Shown: positions 37,319 through 42,508 of the stretch, piece after piece
How positions within the stretch are numbered: the stretch's first letter is position 1
Layout of the letters: each line of letters opens with the position of its first letter
Source: a virus
Lineage: Duplodnaviria > Caudoviricetes
DNA: 42,508 nucleotides
Virus record (IMG/VR): IMGVR_UViG_3300010165_000040
Span: 1-42,508 of that record
Strand: one strand, 5' to 3'
Made by a program: the position numbers and the translations under genes
The notes under the pieces: model-generated
Seen by the model: the letters and a program-made list of their open reading frames with translations, nothing else
What the model was told of the DNA's origin: nothing
Database searches by the model: none

Positions 37319-38315
37319 TAATAATCTCTCCTTCTATTGTGTTTTGTTTACCAAGTAGCTTATACATCTCATCACACCACTTCTGCACAGAATCGACTGT
37401 TTCCATAAAGGACTGCTCTAAAGTAGAATCATCCCGGATAGCATTGATATTATGGTTAAAATAATAAGGAGCAATTCTTTCTAAAAGTTCGTTTACTTCA
37501 ACATTCAAGTTTGATAACTCTTTGATTGTTTCGATGTTGTCAGATAAGCGGTCTCTTTTATTCGCTAATCGTTTAAGCTCCGACTCCATACTTTCTAATC
37601 TTTCTTTTCGCTGTAAGTCATCCTTACGATCATTCAGTACCTCTTGATATTGCTGCTCAATAAATTCGTTTCTCTTTCTGTTCTCTTCCGCTTCTTTTTG
37701 AGTTTGCTTCAACTTAGAGCTCAGCTGTTTATTATCACTTTTTAGGCTGTCGTAATCTGGTGGAGTGATATTCTTCTCTACGACCTTTTCTACTTCAACA
37801 ACCTCAGGCTCTTGATTCTTAATAGCCTCATCCAGCTGTTCAATCTGTTCATCTTTTTGCTTGAGTTGGGATTCCATTTGCTCTTTTTCTTCTTCAGATT
37901 TTTTTAATCGTTTTTGATAATTTTCTATTTCTCTAGTCGTTGCTTCGTCAATATTTTTTTGCCCATTTTCAGTAGGAATACCGTTATTGATAGCTTCTTC
38001 CCTTTCTTTTTCAGGAAGTTGTGCAACTTGTCTAGTTTTTGTTCTTCCGTATGAACCGAGCGCTCGGTTGTAATCTTCTCCCCAGAATTCAGCTGCTTGT
38101 ATTCTTTCATTAGATGTATTTCTTGAATATCCAAAGTTCGATAATGTGTACTCTTCAAAATTGTTAAAGCCTAATTCTCTAAAGAGTTTTTCATCCCTAA
38201 TAACTTTTAACTCCATCAAAAACTTATATCCGAATTGTTCTGACGTTCTATAATAAGAAGTAGCTTTTTCATGTATTTCGTGAGCCCTTACCTCTATAGA
38301 TAAATCATTCTCCAT
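37311..38315 (-). CDS. DUF3102-like coiled-coil protein
   Basis: N-terminal F.EY....FGYSR.T HTH-like region, long coiled coil, PPDY motif. Confidence 0.55.
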   Translation of the reverse strand: MENDLSIEVRAHEIHEKATSYYRTSEQFGYKFLMELKVIRDEKLFRELGFNNFEEYTLSNFGYSRNTSNERIQAAEFWGEDYNRALGSYGRTKTRQVAQLPEKEREEAINNGIPTENGQKNIDEATTREIENYQKRLKKSEEEKEQMESQLKQKDEQIEQLDEAIKNQEPEVVEVEKVVEKNITPPDYDSLKSDNKQLSSKLKQTQKEAEENRKRNEFIEQQYQEVLNDRKDDLQRKERLESMESELKRLANKRDRLSDNIETIKELSNLNVEVNELLERIAPYYFNHNINAIRDDSTLEQSFMETVDSVQKWCDEMYKLLGKQNTIEGEIIND

Positions 38316-38802
38316 AAATTCTTTTCACCGCCTCGGTTTTTCGTATCCGTTCTAGCAACAGATTCTCTACTTGTTCATTTGTGATACGGATAGTTTCTAC
38401 TCCGTACTCAATAGCTAAAATCAAATCTCTCTTTTCGTCTTTTATCCTTTGCAAACCAGAGTTATGAGATCCCCCGTCGATTTCCCAAACAACGTCATCT
38501 TCACGATTGTAGAAATCAACTGTATATTTAAGGACTCCGTATTTTTTGTATGCCCCTTTCCCAAGACCAAAAGTTATTTGTTTTTCTAAGAAAGGAAACA
38601 ATCGACTAAAAATATTTTCGTGCAAAGTATCTTTCCATACTGGTTTTTCATAAAAGTTTCCAAAAAACGCTTCAAATATGTCGTGCGTTCCTTTCAATGC
38701 CTTGGGGTCAGCATTAAATATCAATTCGTTGAATATGTTTAATTCTTCTATTGACTCAAAATCTTTTTCTAGTAAATAGTTAGATAAAATTATTTCATTC
38801 AT
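38305..38802 (-). CDS. DUF559/Vsr-like endonuclease
   Basis: YTVDFY..VVWEIDGGSH..DEKRD..GVETIRITNEQV. Confidence 0.8.
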   Translation of the reverse strand: MNEIILSNYLLEKDFESIEELNIFNELIFNADPKALKGTHDIFEAFFGNFYEKPVWKDTLHENIFSRLFPFLEKQITFGLGKGAYKKYGVLKYTVDFYNREDDVVWEIDGGSHNSGLQRIKDEKRDLILAIEYGVETIRITNEQVENLLLERIRKTEAVKRIYGE

Positions 38803-38906
38803 TTATCTTCTCCTTTCTTTGATATAACTCTTTAAAAAGGAGTCATATCAATATGAATTCCTTTGGCATACCGGAGTCATCTCATGGACAGCTATAATAA
38901 TCAGTG

Positions 38907-39062
38907 TTATAAGCTTGTTATTACAGTTACAATCAGAGTAATAATTGAAAATATCATAGCTATAAAAGTAAGTCTTTCCGTTTTATATAATTCCCATTCG
39001 TATATTTCTTCTTGTATAGAAAATAGTCTTTTGGTTATATTTGGTTTCTTTGGCTTTCGCAT
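38907..39062 (-). CDS. Small membrane protein (51 aa, not in ORF track)
   Basis: MRKPKKPNITKRLFSIQEEIYEWELYKTERLTFIAMIFSIITLIVTVITSL. Confidence 0.55.
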   Translation of the reverse strand: MRKPKKPNITKRLFSIQEEIYEWELYKTERLTFIAMIFSIITLIVTVITSL

Positions 39063-39067
39063 ATCTT

Positions 39068-39202
39068 TCACTCTTTTCTATATAAAATGTGGAGAATCTT
39101 TTCTGATAACTCTTTTGGTAAGATGACTTTTCCGTTGATTCTCTTTGGTTCGCTTTTGTAAATGTTAGTGACAGTCATTTTTGTTTGAGTTTGTTGTTCC
39201 AT
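39068..39202 (-). CDS. Small hypothetical protein (44 aa, not in ORF track)
   Basis: GGAGG RBS; MEQQTQTKMTVTNIYKSEPKRINGKVILPKELSEKILHILYRKE. Confidence 0.6.
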   Translation of the reverse strand: MEQQTQTKMTVTNIYKSEPKRINGKVILPKELSEKILHILYRKE

Positions 39203-39213
39203 GAGTTGTCCTC

Positions 39214-39453
39214 CTATTTCAAAACTTTCTTATTATGCAAGTTTTTACCGAAAAAAATTTCTATCCCCTCGTCTGGACTCATGTTTAAAGTATAGTAGAG
39301 CTTATTAATTAACTTATAAGAAGGAGTATGTTTATTGTTTACGACATGACTTATTGTGTCTCTATCAACACCAATCTCCTTTGCTAAGCTAGAATAATTG
39401 AATCCTTTACTTACAATTTTACTTTTTAATTTATTCTCATTAATTGGTTCCAT
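39214..39453 (-). CDS. Cro-like repressor
   Basis: 79-aa HTH divergent from CI. Confidence 0.85.
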   Translation of the reverse strand: MEPINENKLKSKIVSKGFNYSSLAKEIGVDRDTISHVVNNKHTPSYKLINKLYYTLNMSPDEGIEIFFGKNLHNKKVLK

Positions 39454-39607
39454 TTATTTGACCTCCTTTCGTGTTATGCAAGTTCATATTATCATGGTTG
39501 CAGAATATGTCAAGCATTTAACGAAAATTTTTCGGTTTAATACCTAAAAAATATTGCATATAAGGAAAGTTTTCGGTATAATAAAAAGTGTGGAGGGAGG
39601 TTTTTAA
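39454..39607. promoter_or_regulatory. Lysis/lysogeny switch: divergent promoters and operators
   Basis: cI promoter TTGCAT-17-TATAAT (39554-39582); cro promoter TTGACA-16-TAATAT; 17-bp operator-like TTGCATA-N4-GAAAG at 39466-39482 and 39553-39569, third copy at 39225-39241. Confidence 0.8.
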
Positions 39608-40207
39608 ATGAGTTTAGCTGATAGAATTAAGTCTGCTAGGGAACGTAAAAATATTACATTAAAAGAATTAGGAAATAGAATCGGGAAAACTGAAGGAACT
39701 GTGCAAAGATATGAAAGTGGTAATATTAAGAATCCAACTGGACCTATTATAGAAAAGATGGCAGAAGTTTTAGATGTTAATCCAGCTTACTTAATGGGAT
39801 GGATAGATATCGACCCTAGAGATACAGCATCTATACCCATTATCGGTTATATTTCTTGTGGTGATCCAATTGATGCTCAAGAGAATGTTGAAGGATATAA
39901 AGATAGACCAATAGATAATCTCCCTAGCGGTGAATTATTTTACTTAAACGCTCAAGGAGACAGCATGGCACCAGTTATTACTGATGGAAGTTTGGTTTTA
40001 TGTAGAAAACAATTTGATGTAGAAAACGGAGAAATTGCTGCAGTTTTAGTAAATGGAGACACAGAAGCTACACTTAAAAAAGTTAGAAAATTAGAAGGTA
40101 TGACTCTTTTAGAACCAATTAATGATGCTTATGATCCATACATAATTAATGAAAATAATCCAGGACGTATTGTTGGAAAAGCAATTGAAGTAACTACCGG
40201 CTTATAA
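39608..40207 (+). CDS. CI-like repressor (XRE HTH + S24 autopeptidase)
   Basis: HTH; ISCG cleavage-type site; GDSM and ATLKK catalytic motifs. Confidence 0.93.
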   Translation: MSLADRIKSARERKNITLKELGNRIGKTEGTVQRYESGNIKNPTGPIIEKMAEVLDVNPAYLMGWIDIDPRDTASIPIIGYISCGDPIDAQENVEGYKDRPIDNLPSGELFYLNAQGDSMAPVITDGSLVLCRKQFDVENGEIAAVLVNGDTEATLKKVRKLEGMTLLEPINDAYDPYIINENNPGRIVGKAIEVTTGL

Positions 40208-40220
40208 AAGGGAGAGTATT

Positions 40221-40517
40221 TTGGAAAACCAGATTTTAAAATTAGAATGTTATACATGTAATAAAAAATTTAATTGTACTTATAATACTACTCGATGCCC
40301 CCATTGCGGGGCAAGGTTTAACCCTGATGAAGTTCACGAACTTTTCCATGAATATGAAACTCAACTAGCAAATAATAAAGCCTATCAATTCGGTAATAAG
40401 ATGGAAAAAGCAGGCGAAAATATAAATAAGGCTGGTGAGGGTTTATATAATTGTGGTTGCGGTTTAACAATGTTAGTTGTCATTGTTTTACTTTTTGGAT
40501 GGGTGTTATTTATATAA
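40221..40517 (+). CDS. Zinc-ribbon membrane protein
   Basis: CYTC...CPHCG and C-terminal TM. Confidence 0.7.
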   Translation: MENQILKLECYTCNKKFNCTYNTTRCPHCGARFNPDEVHELFHEYETQLANNKAYQFGNKMEKAGENINKAGEGLYNCGCGLTMLVVIVLLFGWVLFI

Positions 40518-40531
40518 TCTAGGAGGATAGC

Positions 40532-40972
40532 ATGAAGCATAAAATATTCTTGTACTTAGTTTTCCCTTTAACTTTTTTATTGGTAGGTTGTCAGTCAAAC
40601 GAAATGTCAGCAGAGGAATGGGAAACAATAGAAAATGGTCAGACTAGGCAAAACGTTATTGAAAGCTTTGGAGAACCTAGTAGATCATTAACTGAAGATA
40701 GAGACATGTTAGATGTGGTTAATGAACAAATTAATTTAAATGAAGAACGTGTATACAATGATCCAACTCTTCGAACACTTGAATCACAAAACGTAATGAC
40801 TCTACATTTAGATACCTTAGATAATATCCACTCACTTATCACAACTGATTCGGATGTGAGAATAGATATATATGAAGTTTCAGTTACTCCAGATAGTGAA
40901 CAAGGATATGTAACAAACCCTAAAATTTATTATTATAGAGACAAAGTAATTTATAGAGATTCTTTTATGTAA
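40532..40972 (+). CDS. Lipoprotein (possible superinfection exclusion)
   Basis: Lipobox LVGC; IENGQTRQNVIESFGEP motif; position between cI and int. Confidence 0.7.
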   Translation: MKHKIFLYLVFPLTFLLVGCQSNEMSAEEWETIENGQTRQNVIESFGEPSRSLTEDRDMLDVVNEQINLNEERVYNDPTLRTLESQNVMTLHLDTLDNIHSLITTDSDVRIDIYEVSVTPDSEQGYVTNPKIYYYRDKVIYRDSFM

Positions 40973-41086
40973 ATAAAAAACACACGACCCTTCCGCCAAG
41001 AATGAAGTCGTGTGCTACACACAAACAAACCATAGGAATGGCTTATTTGCTATTCCTTATTTTACCATAAATAAGGAGAATGTTAT
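40973..41086 (+). promoter_or_regulatory. Structured integrase leader
   Basis: CACACGAC/GTCGTGTG hairpin with CCGCCAAG in the loop; alternative hairpins overlapping the RBS. Confidence 0.6.
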
Positions 41087-42508
41087 ATGGAAAAAGTAGC
41101 AATCTATATCCGAGTATCTACGCTAGAACAAGCTGAAAGTGGCTATTCGATTGACGGACAAATTAGTAAGTTAAAGAAATTTTGTGAGATAAAAGATTGG
41201 AAAGTTTATAATGTTTTTACAGACCCTGGCTATTCCGGAAGTAATATGAAACGACCCGCGTTAAAGAAACTCATTAATGGAGCAAAGAACAAACACTTTG
41301 ATACCGTATTGGTTTATAAATTAGACCGTCTATCCCGTTCTCAAAAAGACACCTTATATTTAATCGAAGATGTCTTTGGGAAAAATGATGTCGACTTTGT
41401 ATCTTTAAACGAAAACTTTGACACCTCCACAAGCTTTGGAAAAGCCATGATTGGTATCTTATCTGTATTCAGTCAGCTTGAACGGGAACAAATAACAGAG
41501 AGAATGCAGCTTGGGAAACTCGGACGTGCTAAAGCTGGAAAACCAATGTCATGGGCAAATGCGCCTTTTGGTTATGATTTCGTTGACGATAAATTTATTG
41601 TGAATAAATTAGAAGCTTCCATTATTAAGCGAATGTTTGAAGATTACAAGAATGGGGTTTCAATTACGAAGTTAAAAGACCACTTAAACGAAGAAGGACA
41701 TATTGGAAAAAACATTCAATGGTCTTATCGAACGGTTCGGCAAATCCTGGATAACTCGGTTTATGCGGGATATATTACCTATCGTGGCAAACAATACGAG
41801 GGACAGCATGAGAAAATAATCAGCAGAGACCTCTATTTTGGCACACAAAAGGAATTAAAAAGAAGGCAAATCGAAAACGCCCAGCGGTTTAATCCTCGCC
41901 CCTTCCAGTCGAAGTATATGTTATCTGGAAAAGCCCGTTGTGGGTACTGTGGCGCACCTTTAAAAATAATGATAGGTCACCGTACAAATGGAGAAAAAAC
42001 ATACCGCTATCAATGTAAAAATCGATTTAATGCTAGAAATGGTGCTACGATATATAATGATGGAAAGAAATGTGACTCGGGTTATTATTATATGAAAGAT
42101 TTAGAAAAGTATGTACTTAATGAAATTGAAGTAGTTCAATTAACCCCCGATTCCGTTACCAAGTTTGAATCAGAAGTGAAGGAAGAAACGCATGAAGAAG
42201 AATATAAACAGCGTATTACACAATTAGAAAAGAAACAGGAAAAGCTATCTGATTTATATATGAATGATTTAATCAGCATGGAACAAATGCAAGAAAAAGC
42301 CAAAGCATTATCAAATGAATTGAGTAAGTTAAAAGAAAAATTAGATAACATTGAAGTACCTGAAGAAAATGAAGCTATTACTTTTTTGAAAGAAAATTCA
42401 TTTGATATCCACAAAGAAACATATGAAAAGCAAAAGTCTATCGTTAATACTTTAATTAATAAAGTTGATGTCACGGCTGACACAATACAGATACTATGGA
42501 ACTTTTAA
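41087..42508 (+). CDS. Large serine recombinase (integrase)
   Basis: YIRVST catalytic Ser, VYKLDRLSR, recombinase domain, Zn ribbon CGYCG, coiled coil. Confidence 0.96.
   Translation: MEKVAIYIRVSTLEQAESGYSIDGQISKLKKFCEIKDWKVYNVFTDPGYSGSNMKRPALKKLINGAKNKHFDTVLVYKLDRLSRSQKDTLYLIEDVFGKNDVDFVSLNENFDTSTSFGKAMIGILSVFSQLEREQITERMQLGKLGRAKAGKPMSWANAPFGYDFVDDKFIVNKLEASIIKRMFEDYKNGVSITKLKDHLNEEGHIGKNIQWSYRTVRQILDNSVYAGYITYRGKQYEGQHEKIISRDLYFGTQKELKRRQIENAQRFNPRPFQSKYMLSGKARCGYCGAPLKIMIGHRTNGEKTYRYQCKNRFNARNGATIYNDGKKCDSGYYYMKDLEKYVLNEIEVVQLTPDSVTKFESEVKEETHEEEYKQRITQLEKKQEKLSDLYMNDLISMEQMQEKAKALSNELSKLKEKLDNIEVPEENEAITFLKENSFDIHKETYEKQKSIVNTLINKVDVTADTIQILWNF

Larger units (their letters stand above)
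1..42508. mobile_element. Temperate siphophage prophage (cos-type, HK97 head, serine integrase), low-GC Firmicute host
   Basis: Complete modular order integrase-CI/Cro-replication-ArpU-HNH-terminase-portal-protease-capsid-tail-lysis-cargo; Firmicute-type RBSs; LysM lysin. att sites are not in the window. Confidence 0.96.

Noticed and set aside
41-42483. Short antisense or nested ORFs in the track (e.g. 41..232, 9956..10201, 13304..13624, 31173..31535, 35694..35891, 38863..39126, 42136..42483)
   Set aside because: They are shadows of longer genes or regulatory regions, with no RBS or recognisable motifs.
1-42508. CRISPR array, DGR (reverse transcriptase with TR/VR), tRNA genes, stop-codon recoding
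   Set aside because: I saw no spaced direct repeats, RT motifs or cloverleaf, and core genes are intact in the standard code.
1-42508. attL/attR sites
   Set aside because: The window ends at stop codons of terminal genes, so flanks are absent. Strictly, the cargo at 1-3440 cannot be proven to lie inside the prophage.

Overview
The window is an essentially complete temperate siphophage (prophage) of a low-GC Firmicute, trimmed at gene ends so that no att sites are visible. From right to left it holds: a large serine integrase, lysogeny genes and the CI/Cro switch (39.2-42.5 kb); an early region with RecT, a RecE-like exonuclease, SSB, a replisome organiser, RecU and ArpU (27.6-39.2 kb); HNH/cos/terminase packaging genes; an HK97-type head; a long non-contractile tail; and a holin/endolysin module. 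Beyond the lysin lies an AT-rich cargo block (1-3440). It carries a candidate small RNA, a membrane-anchored GIY-YIG nuclease, and a two-gene operon (YejK/NA37-like nucleoid protein plus a 3-TM protein) behind an attenuator-like leader. This operon is the best candidate for an undescribed anti-phage system. Other notable signals are a ~310-nt structured late-leader RNA ahead of a late operon studded with terminators, an XRE-HTH fused to the small terminase, probable AUA starts for the portal and prohead protease, an internal start in the endolysin, a -1 frameshift in the tail chaperone and alternative hairpins over the integrase RBS. All family assignments come from motif recognition by eye and synteny; no database searches were run.
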